64,000 bases of DNA. It comes from Myxococcota bacterium (GTDB taxonomy: Bacteria; Myxococcota_A; SURF-8). Every line of letters begins with the position of its first letter. The stretch's first letter is position 1. A model generated the notes under the pieces. The model saw only the letters and a program-made list of their open reading frames with translations, made no database searches and was not told the origin of the DNA. Below, piece after piece: positions 38,084 through 47,939 of this stretch. Where the stretch lies: positions 768,001 to 832,000 of the forward strand of contig CAXXQS010000001.1 of NCBI GenBank assembly GCA_963674735.2. The letters are read 5' to 3'. The translations under genes and the position numbers were made by a program.

Positions 38084-38788
38084 TTACTTTCCCTTCGATT
38101 TGAACAGGCCGTTGAACTGGGACTTGCCTTCCAGTTTGCCTTTGGCCTTGTTGAACTTCTGTTTCGGGTCGTTCGCTTGCGTTTCGCCCCCGCTAGTGGT
38201 GGTTTTGTCGTCGCTGTCCGTCGCGTTGTCGTTGCCGGTTCCGATGGCCGCCTCCAGCATGTTGGAGCGTCCGAACTCGATGAAGTGCGTTGAAATCGTC
38301 AATTCCTGCATGTTGTTCCGGTCGCCCCAAAAAACGGTCAGGTTGCATTCGCGCAAGGCATTGGAAATCATGTCCGTCATCATCGACGCATAACCCTGCA
38401 TCATGCTGGCGTAAGCGTTGTTTTCTTCGCCCGGCATGCTGCCGGGAACCGGAATTTTTACTTTGCTGATCTGCGCATGCCAGCTGAATTCCGGCCAGCC
38501 TTCCTCCGAAAAATCGCCTTCCATTTCCTCCGCGAAGTCGGAGAATCCCGTTTCCGTCAATTCCTGCTCGATGTCCACCAGCTTGCTGCGGGCCAGCAAC
38601 GAGGCGGCCGTAATGAATTTGGAGCGACTGGCCGCCAAAATGGACGAACCCTGCACGTTGAAAATCGCAACCAGGCTGATGGCCAGAATGCCCATGGCGA
38701 CCATCACCTCAAACAGCGTGAAGCCGTTCTGTCCCCCGCGCACGCCGCGTTTGGAGGCGTGACTGTGGAAGTTAGAATGCTTCTTCAT
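38084..38788 (-). CDS. gspI: Type II secretion minor pseudopilin I
   Basis: GFTLFEVMVAM prepilin; operon position. Confidence 0.88.
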   Translation of the reverse strand: MKKHSNFHSHASKRGVRGGQNGFTLFEVMVAMGILAISLVAIFNVQGSSILAASRSKFITAASLLARSKLVDIEQELTETGFSDFAEEMEGDFSEEGWPEFSWHAQISKVKIPVPGSMPGEENNAYASMMQGYASMMTDMISNALRECNLTVFWGDRNNMQELTISTHFIEFGRSNMLEAAIGTGNDNATDSDDKTTTSGGETQANDPKQKFNKAKGKLEGKSQFNGLFKSKGK

Positions 38789-39521
38789 CTTCCAGTTCCT
38801 CGGGCATTTCCTCCAGGGTGTCGTAAATCGTCGAACGACCCGTCAGGGGCTCCGTCAAGATCGTGTAGATTTCTCGCTCATCGGCATACAAGGTTTCATC
38901 TTCCAGTTCATCCTCCATCGCGACCCAAATGGCCGTGCGTTCCATAAAACCGTTCGGAAAGAAATGGACGAAGATCTGTCCGTTGTCGACCGCTTCTTCC
39001 ACGCCCGATGTCTGTACTTTCCAGATGCGAACGCCGGCGGGCAAGGTGGTCCGGCTGGATAACTCGGTCTTGTAGGTCGAGAATTCCGCTTTCTTCTGGC
39101 GGAATTTCTCGGCGAAATCCGCCCATCCCTGCCATTTGGCGGTATCCATGTCCAACGACAGCAAGTCTCCCAGCTCCTGTTCTTCTTCTTCCTCCTCCTC
39201 TTCTTCCTCGATCACCACCGCCCCCTCTTCGACGGTCAGGGGCGTTTGAGTGAGAAAGAAAGGGTCTTTCGTGGATTCGGACCAGTAGATGTTCTGATCA
39301 AGATCGAAAACCAGCCGAATATACACGCGCTCAAGTACGGCGCGGTCGTACAGGTACTTGATGTTTCCGACAATTTTCTGTGCGGCGGCTTTCTGGTTGA
39401 CGTTTGTCAGGCGGTTGACCATGGGCAGAGCGGCGCCGGTTATCATCGCCACGATCAGGATGGCGATTACCATTTCGATCAGCGTAAAACCCCGCTGAAT
39501 TACCGATTGCCGCTGCATCAC
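38772..39521 (-). CDS. gspH: Type II secretion minor pseudopilin H
   Basis: GFTLIEMVIA prepilin; FFPNG and PLTGR motifs. Confidence 0.85.
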   Translation of the reverse strand: MMQRQSVIQRGFTLIEMVIAILIVAMITGAALPMVNRLTNVNQKAAAQKIVGNIKYLYDRAVLERVYIRLVFDLDQNIYWSESTKDPFFLTQTPLTVEEGAVVIEEEEEEEEEEQELGDLLSLDMDTAKWQGWADFAEKFRQKKAEFSTYKTELSSRTTLPAGVRIWKVQTSGVEEAVDNGQIFVHFFPNGFMERTAIWVAMEDELEDETLYADEREIYTILTEPLTGRSTIYDTLEEMPEELEDEEAF

Positions 39522-39539
39522 GCTCAGCCGTCCTCTACG

Positions 39540-39950
39540 CTAGTTGCTTTCCCAGTTCTCGATGTCGTCGTTCCCGCCGTCATTGCCATCCGGCCCGTAG
39601 GATTCCAGGTCGAAGGAGTCGGTATTGTGCGAACCCGGCGAAATGTAAACGAAATCACGCTTCCACGGATCCTTGGGGATGGAACGCATGTACGGTTTTT
39701 TGTTGTTGGGCGGCGCGGTGAGGATGTTCAGGCCGTCCGAGGTGCTGGGATAGCTGCCGAAATCGAGCTTGTAAAGATCCAGCGCCTGTCCGAAATCATG
39801 AATCTGGGTTTTGGACGCCTTGATTTTGGCTTCTTCAAGCTGATCGAGCACGGCCACACCGACCAAGCTGGCGATCAGGCCCAAGATGACCATCACGACC
39901 ATGATTTCAAGCAAGGTCATACCACTGGTTCCTGCGATTGTCGGTTTCAT
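39540..39950 (-). CDS. gspG: Type II secretion major pseudopilin G
   Basis: GMTLLEIMVV; ALDLYKLD.G.YP; PKDPW; SYGPDG..GG.DDI; RBS AAGGAG. Confidence 0.97.
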   Translation of the reverse strand: MKPTIAGTSGMTLLEIMVVMVILGLIASLVGVAVLDQLEEAKIKASKTQIHDFGQALDLYKLDFGSYPSTSDGLNILTAPPNNKKPYMRSIPKDPWKRDFVYISPGSHNTDSFDLESYGPDGNDGGNDDIENWESN

Positions 39951-40014
39951 TCTTTCAATCTCCTTAACCGTTACGAAATCCGATATATATGTCGTTGCGG
40001 ACCTGGCCCGCGCC

Positions 40015-41274
40015 TTAAGCTCCAAGTTGTTGGTTGATCTGCAAAATCGGCAACAGAATCGATAACACGATGAAGGTGACGACCACCGCCATAATAATGA
40101 TCATGAGCGGTTCGATCAGGGCGGTCATCGCGCCGATTTTGGCATCCACCTGAACGTCGTAGTTATTCGAGACATGCCCCAGCATTTCTTCCAGTTGTCC
40201 CGACTTCTCGCCGACGGCAATCATGTGGGTCACGATCGGCGGAAATTCTCCGCTGCGCTTGAGCGGCTGGGCGATGCTTTCACCCTCTCGAATGTTGTTG
40301 CGCGCTTCGGTGAGCACCTTTTGAAGGATGACATTGTCGAGGATGTTCTTGACGATGTCCATGGCTGTCAAAAGCGGGACGCCGGAAGAGAGCAGCGTCG
40401 ACAACGTGCGGGCGAAGCGCGAAACCGCGATCATGCGGATCAATTCTCCGAAGATGGGAGCCTTGAGGACGAAGCGGTCCCAGCGCACGCGGCCTTTTTT
40501 GGAGGCTTTCCAGCGCTTGAACAAAACGATGAGTCCGACAAAGGCCAGGATCATGGCCCACCAGTAATTGGCGACGGCTTCGCTGATGCCGATGAGAATC
40601 TGGGTGCTGAGCGGCAGGGTAACTTTGGCTTCCTCGAAAATTTTCGTGATTTTCGGTATGACCAGCACGAACAGAATGCCGACCACGATCACCGAGAAAA
40701 GCATCATGATGGCGGGATAAACCATGGCGCCGCGGACTTTGGTGCGCAACGCCATTTGATTTTCCGCATAGTCGGCCAGTCGATCCATGACGATTTCGAG
40801 CGAGCCCGATGACTCTCCGGCTGCGACCATGTTGGTATACAGGGGCGGAAACAGCTTGGGGTATTCCGCCATGGCATCGGACAAAGAGGTTCCTTCGTTG
40901 ACCCGCTCGCGTATCTGGCTGAGAATTTTCTTGAACTGTTCGTTCTCCACCTGGTCGATGATGGCTGTCATCGATTCCACGATGGGGATGTTGGCGGCGA
41001 TCAGGTTGGCAAGCAGGCGCGTGATGATCGCCACATCGGCTTGAGTTACGCGCTGAAAGTACTGTTTGAAATCGATCTGCTTGGACAAGACGCCGTTGCT
41101 TTTCGAGGACGAATCGGTGGAACGGGACGCGGAAGCGGAGGCTTCTTTCAATTCCGTCAGAAAGACGCCCCCCTTTTTCATTTTTTCTTTGGCGGAACGG
41201 GGCGATTCGGCATCGATGATGCCTTTCTTGTTCTTCCCCTTCGCGTCGATTCCTTTCCACTCAAATACCGGCAT
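40015..41274 (-). CDS. gspF: Type II secretion inner membrane protein F
   Basis: AGESSGSL, AMVYP, GEKSGQL, EPLMI motifs. Confidence 0.97.
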   Translation of the reverse strand: MPVFEWKGIDAKGKNKKGIIDAESPRSAKEKMKKGGVFLTELKEASASASRSTDSSSKSNGVLSKQIDFKQYFQRVTQADVAIITRLLANLIAANIPIVESMTAIIDQVENEQFKKILSQIRERVNEGTSLSDAMAEYPKLFPPLYTNMVAAGESSGSLEIVMDRLADYAENQMALRTKVRGAMVYPAIMMLFSVIVVGILFVLVIPKITKIFEEAKVTLPLSTQILIGISEAVANYWWAMILAFVGLIVLFKRWKASKKGRVRWDRFVLKAPIFGELIRMIAVSRFARTLSTLLSSGVPLLTAMDIVKNILDNVILQKVLTEARNNIREGESIAQPLKRSGEFPPIVTHMIAVGEKSGQLEEMLGHVSNNYDVQVDAKIGAMTALIEPLMIIIMAVVVTFIVLSILLPILQINQQLGA

Positions 41275-41295
41275 ATCGGCTCCGTATTATGGCGC

Positions 41296-42975
41296 TCAGT
41301 CGTAGACGATTTCGTCCTGGGTGACACGCAGAACTTCCTCGACGGTGGTCCAACCGCGCAAGATCTTCTCCACACCGTCCATGCGCAAAGTCAGCATGCC
41401 CTGGGAAAGCGCCTTGCGCTTGATTTGATTGACATCGGCGCTGGCCAGGATCATCGATTGAATTTCTTCTTCCACCGGTAGCAGCTCGAAAATTCCCATC
41501 CGTCCCTTGTAACCTTTGTTCATGCAGGCCGGGCAGCCTTCTGCGGCGTAGAACGGCCCCGTAATCTGGCTGCGGTCGAGCCCGATATTGCGCAGCTCTT
41601 CATCGCTGGGTACGTAGGGACGTTTGCATTGGTTGCAGACCAGACGCACCAGGCGCTGGGCCATAATACCGATGACCGACGAGGCGACCAGGAAGGGCTC
41701 CACGCCCATATCGATCATACGTGTGACGGTGGAAGCCGCATCGTTGGTATGGATGGTCGAGAACACCAAGTGACCGGTGAGCGAGGCCTGAATGGCGATT
41801 TCGGCGGTTTCGATGTCGCGAATCTCACCGATCATGATGACGTCGGGATCCTGGCGAAGAATGGACCGCAGCCCGCGGGCGAAGGTCATCTCGATTTTGC
41901 TGTTCACCGGAATCTGCCCGATGCCCGGCAACTGGTATTCGACCGGGTCTTCGATCGTGATCAGGTTTTTGTCGGGCGTGTTGATTTCCGACAAGGCCGA
42001 ATAAAGCGTCGTCGTCTTACCCGAACCGGTCGGGCCGGTGACCAGGATAATGCCGTGGGTCTGGTTGATCAGTCTCTGGAAAATGGCATACTGTTTTTCG
42101 AGGAAGCCGAGGCTCGACATCGACAACAGAACGGCGGAGCGGTCGAGCAAACGCATAACCAGGCGTTCCCCGTGACTGGTCGGCAGGGAGGACAGACGAA
42201 TATCGATGTCTTTGCCGGCGATTTTGATGCGAATTCGGCCGTCCTGAGGCAAGCGCTTTTCGGCGATGTTGAGATTGCCCATGATCTTGATGCGCGAGGT
42301 GATGGCCGCCTGGGCCGCCTTGGGCGGCCGCGTGACTTCGTACAGAACGCCGTCGATGCGCAGACGAACGGCCAGATCTTTTTCCATCGGCTCGATGTGA
42401 ATATCGCTGGCGCGCTCTTTTACCGCGCGAAGCAGCAGATTGTTGACGAAGCGGATGATGGGCGCGTCATCGGTGCCTTCCAAGATGTCGATCAGCCCGT
42501 CGTCTTCTTCCTCTTTGCTCTGGAGATCTTCGTCTTCCAGGTCGCGGCCTTCACCGAGTTCGGTGTAAACTTGGTTGATGGCGGGTAGGATGCGCTGATA
42601 GGACGCGACTTTCACTTCGACATTGCAACCGAGAATCAGCCGAAGGTCGTCGAGGGCGAACACTTCCAGCGGTTCGGCCGTCACCACGGTGATGGAGCCG
42701 TTTTCGCGCTTGATGGGCAACAGCTTGAATTGCTTGGCGAAGTTGATCGGAATGCGATCCATCAGATCCGATGGAATCTCCTTTGGTAGCTCGGGGAGAT
42801 AGTCCAACCCCAGTTGGGTGGCCAACGCATGCGCCAACTCTTCCTCGTTGATCGCCTTGATTATGACCAACACCTCGCCGAGACGCAGCCCTCGTTCCTC
42901 CTGGATGATGAGGGCTTCCTGGATCTTGTCGGCCGTGCAGGCGGTTTCCTGGATGATGACTTCACCGATCAGCAT
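41296..42975 (-). CDS. gspE: Type II secretion ATPase E
   Basis: GPTGSGKTTT, TIEDPVE, LRQDPD, tetra-Cys motif. Confidence 0.97.
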   Translation of the reverse strand: MLIGEVIIQETACTADKIQEALIIQEERGLRLGEVLVIIKAINEEELAHALATQLGLDYLPELPKEIPSDLMDRIPINFAKQFKLLPIKRENGSITVVTAEPLEVFALDDLRLILGCNVEVKVASYQRILPAINQVYTELGEGRDLEDEDLQSKEEEDDGLIDILEGTDDAPIIRFVNNLLLRAVKERASDIHIEPMEKDLAVRLRIDGVLYEVTRPPKAAQAAITSRIKIMGNLNIAEKRLPQDGRIRIKIAGKDIDIRLSSLPTSHGERLVMRLLDRSAVLLSMSSLGFLEKQYAIFQRLINQTHGIILVTGPTGSGKTTTLYSALSEINTPDKNLITIEDPVEYQLPGIGQIPVNSKIEMTFARGLRSILRQDPDVIMIGEIRDIETAEIAIQASLTGHLVFSTIHTNDAASTVTRMIDMGVEPFLVASSVIGIMAQRLVRLVCNQCKRPYVPSDEELRNIGLDRSQITGPFYAAEGCPACMNKGYKGRMGIFELLPVEEEIQSMILASADVNQIKRKALSQGMLTLRMDGVEKILRGWTTVEEVLRVTQDEIVYD

Positions 42976-42984
42976 GGCGCACTC

Positions 42985-45720
42985 CTATTCGTCGGCCTCG
43001 TCGCGAGAGGAACGCCCGGTCAGGCGCCGCATCAGTTCGGTCGGGTCCGGGCGACTCGCGGAGGCGGGCGTTTTAGCCTCATCCGTGTCCTCACCCGCCG
43101 ATGTGGACGAGGACGACGGTCCGTCTGTCAGTCCGACTTCATAGGCCTGGTGCCCGCTTTCGGGGACGATCAGCATCTCTTCGGTTTCCTTCGTTTTAAC
43201 CTGCAGGCTCTGCAGTTCCTCTTCGTAAGTCGAGCGGATGGTTTCGACGATGCCGGTTTTCTGGCTGTAGTCGACCTCGAACTCGTAGTCTTCTTCGGTA
43301 CCGTAGAATTTGCGCAGGAATTCGTTGCGTTCGTCCATCTTGCGCTTGAAGATTTTCTTGAAATCATCCTCGTCTTTGATGATGTGTGGCGTTAGGAAGA
43401 TCAACAGGTTGGTCTTCTCGTCGTTGTCTTTGTCGCGCCGGAACAGTCGGCCGAGAATGGGAATGTCGCCGAGGAATGGCACTTTTTCCGAGTCCGCTTT
43501 CTGGACGTCGCGAATCAAACCACCGATGACGATCGTTTGGTTGTCCTTCACGACGACCACACTTTTCGCGGCGCGTTTGGTGGTGGTCGGGCCGAGTGTC
43601 TCACTGATGGAGACCAGCTCGGTGATTTCCTGCTGCACCTGCAGGCGTACGTAATCGCTTTCGTTGATCTGCGGCTTGATTTTCAAGGTGAGGGCCACAT
43701 CCTGGCGTTGAATCGAGAGGACGGGCTGATTGTTGGAATCGCGAGCCGAACCGGTAACGAAAGGCACGTTGGAGCCGACGATAATTTCGGCTTCCTCATT
43801 ATCCATGGTGAGGATGTGCGGGGTTTGCAGCACGTTGGCGTTGGAGTCGGTCTGGATCATTTGTATCATGACGCCGAACGAGGGTAGCGAGACGCCTTCA
43901 CCCAGAAGACCTTCGGTTCCTTCCAGATCCGGACCCTGCAAGCCGACGGCCAGACCGGACAGCGTTGTCGGGTCGATCGCAACCGAACTCATGGTGCCGA
44001 GGGTGGTGCCGGCAAACAGCGGAACTTGCTCGCCGCCGATGTCGAAGGTGTAACCGCCGTTCATGGCGATACCCTGGGCGTTATCGCGTTTGAGGGTGAC
44101 CTCCATGATGACCGCCTCGACGAAAACCTGACGGCGGCGCAGATCGAGCTTTTTGATGACTTTTTTCAACTGATTGAAATCTTTGGTCGACGCCGTAATA
44201 ACCAGGGAGTTGGTGGCCTTGTCGGCCGTGATTTTCACTTCGCCCTCGAATAGCTCGCCCTGATTCTGGCCGCCTTTTCCTTTGCTCTTGCTTTTACTGG
44301 TGTTGCCGCGGCCGGCCAAACCGGTGAGCGTGGAAGCCAGCTCCTCGGCATTGGCGTTTTCCAGATAAAAGACATGTACTTGCCCGTCACCGGGGATCGG
44401 AACGTCCAGGCGGTTGATCATATCCAGAATCTTGGGCATGGCGCTGCGGGGAGCGACCACGATCAACTGATTGGTGCGCTCATCCGCCAACACGTTGGAC
44501 ATGGTGACCTGGGTGGCATCGCTTTCGTCGGGTGTGCTTTTGCTGGATTTTCCCCTGGACCGAGTGCTTTTCGTCGCGGTGGATTTGGATTTGCTGCCGC
44601 CTTTATCGCCGAAAATCTGCTGCAATTTCTCGGCCACGTCCGCCGCCGATGCGTAGTAAATGTCGATGACGTGGATGGCGTCGCGGCCGCTGGGCAGATC
44701 GAGTTCGTTGATGATCTTGAGCATGCGACGGATATTGATGGCGGTATCGGTGATGATCAGAGAATTGGTCGGTTCGAAGGAGAGGATGTTACCCTCTTTG
44801 CTTTTCAGATCCTTCAAAACCCGTTCGATGTCTTTGATTTCCAAGTGCTTGAGCTTGAGCAGGTAGGTGACGAATTCTTCGGTGGGGTCGGTGCTGCCAC
44901 CGTTCAAATAGGTTTTCATCGGGTTGCGCTCGGCCTCGCGCGACTTGATGATCTTATAAAACTTACCCACGCGTGTCAGGGCGAGGTCTTTGGAATTTAG
45001 CGCGGACAGGAAGGCCTGCCAGGCTTCTTCGCGCGTGACCGGGTTCGGTGAAATGATCGTGATCTTTCCGCCTTTTACACTATCGGAGATAATGAAGTTT
45101 ACCTTGAACTTCTCCGACATCTGTTTGACGAATTCGATCAGATCCTGATCGTAATAGTCGATATAGTATTTTTCGCCTTTGTTGAAGCCTTTGAAATCTG
45201 TACGTTCTTCTTCGGCGTTACCCATCTGGACCGGCAATGCTTTAGCCGGTGTGGCGGCGGAAGGTGCCGGGCGCTCGGTCTGACCGCGTACGCCTGAACT
45301 GGGCTTGGGTGCGGGAGGAGCCGGAGGGCGTTTCCCATCCGCTTTGAGCGTGTTGGCGGAATCGGTCGGGGTGGCCGTGTTTTTGCCTTTGAGCTTTTTG
45401 GCCAGGTCGGGATTGAAGGCCTTCCCGGGACGATAGGTTTTTTCCGGCTTGCCGGTCGACGCAGGCTTGAACGGCGATGCTCCCAGGCTTTTCGGCTGTT
45501 TGGACGAGCCTTTCGCCTGATCCGCTTCTTCGTCGCTGTCTTTGGCGTTCGGCTTCCCTTTTACCGGAGGGCCCTTTTTCAACTGCACCGGTGCGAGGGC
45601 CGTGTCGGCTTTCAGGCTGTCGGACGCGGGTTCCGTTTGAGCGAACGCGAGTCCGGACGCGGTTAGAAGCAGCGCCGCCACTATCGAGATGATCGCTTGT
45701 TTGAGTCCCTGGGTAACCAT
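42985..45720 (-). CDS. gspD: Type II secretion secretin D
   Basis: N domains, QVFVEAVIMEV, KVPFLGDIPILGRLF, LLIFLTP.I. Confidence 0.97.
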   Translation of the reverse strand: MVTQGLKQAIISIVAALLLTASGLAFAQTEPASDSLKADTALAPVQLKKGPPVKGKPNAKDSDEEADQAKGSSKQPKSLGASPFKPASTGKPEKTYRPGKAFNPDLAKKLKGKNTATPTDSANTLKADGKRPPAPPAPKPSSGVRGQTERPAPSAATPAKALPVQMGNAEEERTDFKGFNKGEKYYIDYYDQDLIEFVKQMSEKFKVNFIISDSVKGGKITIISPNPVTREEAWQAFLSALNSKDLALTRVGKFYKIIKSREAERNPMKTYLNGGSTDPTEEFVTYLLKLKHLEIKDIERVLKDLKSKEGNILSFEPTNSLIITDTAINIRRMLKIINELDLPSGRDAIHVIDIYYASAADVAEKLQQIFGDKGGSKSKSTATKSTRSRGKSSKSTPDESDATQVTMSNVLADERTNQLIVVAPRSAMPKILDMINRLDVPIPGDGQVHVFYLENANAEELASTLTGLAGRGNTSKSKSKGKGGQNQGELFEGEVKITADKATNSLVITASTKDFNQLKKVIKKLDLRRRQVFVEAVIMEVTLKRDNAQGIAMNGGYTFDIGGEQVPLFAGTTLGTMSSVAIDPTTLSGLAVGLQGPDLEGTEGLLGEGVSLPSFGVMIQMIQTDSNANVLQTPHILTMDNEEAEIIVGSNVPFVTGSARDSNNQPVLSIQRQDVALTLKIKPQINESDYVRLQVQQEITELVSISETLGPTTTKRAAKSVVVVKDNQTIVIGGLIRDVQKADSEKVPFLGDIPILGRLFRRDKDNDEKTNLLIFLTPHIIKDEDDFKKIFKRKMDERNEFLRKFYGTEEDYEFEVDYSQKTGIVETIRSTYEEELQSLQVKTKETEEMLIVPESGHQAYEVGLTDGPSSSSTSAGEDTDEAKTPASASRPDPTELMRRLTGRSSRDEADE

Positions 45721-45762
45721 AAACTCCGTCTCCTTGTCACAAGACCGAATCGTGATCTATGT

Positions 45763-46683
45763 TCATTGAATCGTATAATCCAAACTGGTTTTCTGGCCGC
45801 GCCGCAGAACGTCGATCGTGATGCTCTTTTCGCTACGCAGTTTCGAGTAAACCTCAAGCGCTTTTTCCGGGCTGTCGATTTCGAGCCCGTTGACACGCTG
45901 GAGGATGTCGCCGTTTTTGATGCCGATTTTCTGGTAAAGCGAGCCCGGCTTGATGGAGTAAATGCGGAAACCGTTTGATTTTCCATTTTGGAAACTGGGC
46001 ACGATACGAGCCTGGGTTGCCAGTACGTTCAGATTTTCCATGGCGCGTGCGACTTCGGATTCCGATACGATGAATTCGGTTTCGCTGATTTTGCGGATGC
46101 CGTCTTCGGCCGCTTCTTTACCGACGTCTTTCAGGTTCTTTTTCTTTTCGGGCGCTTCTCCGTGGAACAGACATTCGACGCGTCCGTTGTTGTTGATGAA
46201 CAACTTGTGGCGGACGACGGCGACTACCGTTGCACTCGGGGAGAACTCGTGTCCGATTTCGAACATTTTGGCTTTGTTGTTGGAATCGAGCACGAGTGCG
46301 AAGGAACTTCCGGGGTTGTCCGACACCACCGTGCCGATCAGCGTGCCGGGAAGGCTGGATTTGGGGCAGTCGGTGTTTTCGGTGTACTCATCCGGATTGT
46401 CCGGCATGGGTGTTTTGGCGGAAGCTTCTTGGGTGTTTTCGGGGATCGGTTCGGGAGGCAGCATGGATTCGCCGGTAAAAGGGTTTTTGGTGGCTTTTCT
46501 CGTCGTGGAGGTGTTGGAAGCCCGGGGTGCGGGTTCTTCCGCGGGGGCGACCAGTGAAGCCTGGGCATCTCCCGCCAGCCAGGAGCCCACGAAGGTATTG
46601 ACAGACTTGGCGGCCAAAAACGCACACGTGGCGATGGTGACCAAGTTGATTGTCCAGAAGTATTTCTTGATATATTTTTCCAT
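45763..46683 (-). CDS. gspC: Type II secretion protein C (PDZ)
   Basis: TM, HR domain LIGTVV, PDZ ARIVP...GFRIYSIKPGS...G.KNGD. Confidence 0.93.
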   Translation of the reverse strand: MEKYIKKYFWTINLVTIATCAFLAAKSVNTFVGSWLAGDAQASLVAPAEEPAPRASNTSTTRKATKNPFTGESMLPPEPIPENTQEASAKTPMPDNPDEYTENTDCPKSSLPGTLIGTVVSDNPGSSFALVLDSNNKAKMFEIGHEFSPSATVVAVVRHKLFINNNGRVECLFHGEAPEKKKNLKDVGKEAAEDGIRKISETEFIVSESEVARAMENLNVLATQARIVPSFQNGKSNGFRIYSIKPGSLYQKIGIKNGDILQRVNGLEIDSPEKALEVYSKLRSEKSITIDVLRRGQKTSLDYTIQ

Positions 46684-46741
46684 CGGTTCGCGACCCTCTC
46701 GCTCGCCCAGCGTCCACAATATTAATCCAGCCGTAGACGGA

Positions 46742-46757
46742 TGCAATAAATATGCCT
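46742..46757 (-). promoter_or_regulatory. Putative sigma54 -24/-12 promoter of the gsp operon
   Basis: Minus strand AGGCATATTTATTGCA (GG-N10-GC) about 60 bp upstream of the gspC ATG. Confidence 0.65.
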
Positions 46758-46883
46758 GCATTTGGAAAAAAAATATCTAGTAATATCAGTCAGATAGCGT
46801 TTGAAGGGAAGGGCGCGATACGAGAAAGGCATGGATTGACAGTTTTGAAAGATAAAACCGGTCTATTGGGAAGAAACAGGGAA

Positions 46884-46935
46884 GACAAAATGTCATTTTC
46901 TTCACAATGGGCGATCGGTGTATGACAAAATGTCA
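46884..46935. promoter_or_regulatory. Paired palindromic enhancer-like sites
   Basis: GACAAAATGTCA at 46884-46895 and 46924-46935. Confidence 0.6.
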
Positions 46936-47091
46936 CTGAGTGGGGCGAGGGTGTGTAGGACGCTGAAAAGACTATTGAAAAGAAATTGTTTGCTCTTCTT
47001 TGAGCACTTATGGTAAAGGAAATCGATATCGTATGGCAATGGATTGGTCGATCAGACTGCGGAGCGCGTTTTTTTAGCGGAAGGCGGGTGA

Positions 47092-47412
47092 GTGACGACA
47101 TTAACCGCTGAAAAAGTTGTAAAACTGGTAGCCCAGGGGGTTAGTCTGTATAAGGCCGATTTGTCGGGAATCGACTTGCACGATTACAACCTGCGAGGTT
47201 GCGATTTCAGCTATTCGGATCTTTCCAATGCCGATCTTTCCAATGCCAATTTCGTCTGCGCCAACCTGGAAGGCGCCAATCTGGACGGGGCCGACCTGCA
47301 AGGTACGGATTTGCGATATGCCAATCTGAGCGGGGCTATCGTTACCAATACCATCCTTGAAAATACCGACTTATTTAAAGTCACAAAGCTCAAGCACCAG
47401 AAGAAAAGTTAA
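47092..47412 (+). CDS. Pentapeptide repeat protein
   Basis: ADLSG/ADLSN/ANLEG/ANLDG repeats. Confidence 0.9.
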   Translation: MTTLTAEKVVKLVAQGVSLYKADLSGIDLHDYNLRGCDFSYSDLSNADLSNANFVCANLEGANLDGADLQGTDLRYANLSGAIVTNTILENTDLFKVTKLKHQKKS

Positions 47413-47513
47413 GTAATATCAATTTGGTGTGAATGGGCTGGCTTTTGCGGTAAAGCCCCTGCCACGGTGGCGCCGGTGCGGCCTGACTGCTCGGAGGGAT
47501 GCGTTTATGTAAT

Positions 47514-47855
47514 CTAGTTCTCAGCGTAGAAGGGGTCGTTCTTTGCCAGGAAACCTTTGAGTGCTTGACGTGATTCACCTTCGAGGTTGGTGAACTTGAT
47601 GCCCATCTGCCCGTCTTCGTCTTCCCGGCTCCAAACCACTTCGCCCAAGCACTCAACCACTTGTTCTTCATCAGGGAAATTGATGGCCAATTCGACGATA
47701 GTCCCGACTTTTTCAACGCTCGGGGCTATGATACTGATTCCACCGAGAGAGATGTTTTCGATGCGGTGAAACAGCAGAATTTCTTCGCCGGTGTAATCGA
47801 CATAAACATTCGCTTCTATACGCGGGTAGCGACGCTGTTCTTTGCCTCCGGGCAT
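47514..47855 (-). CDS. PilZ domain protein
   Basis: QRRYPR (RxxxR) and NISLGG c-di-GMP-binding motifs; GEVVW; GIKF. Confidence 0.92.
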   Translation of the reverse strand: MPGGKEQRRYPRIEANVYVDYTGEEILLFHRIENISLGGISIIAPSVEKVGTIVELAINFPDEEQVVECLGEVVWSREDEDGQMGIKFTNLEGESRQALKGFLAKNDPFYAEN

Positions 47856-47939
47856 CCGGACCTCCCTAAGATGAATCTCGAACAGTTCGAGTATAGTGAA
47901 ACGATTCGATAATGCAAGCTTTTTCGGCGAATGGTAACG

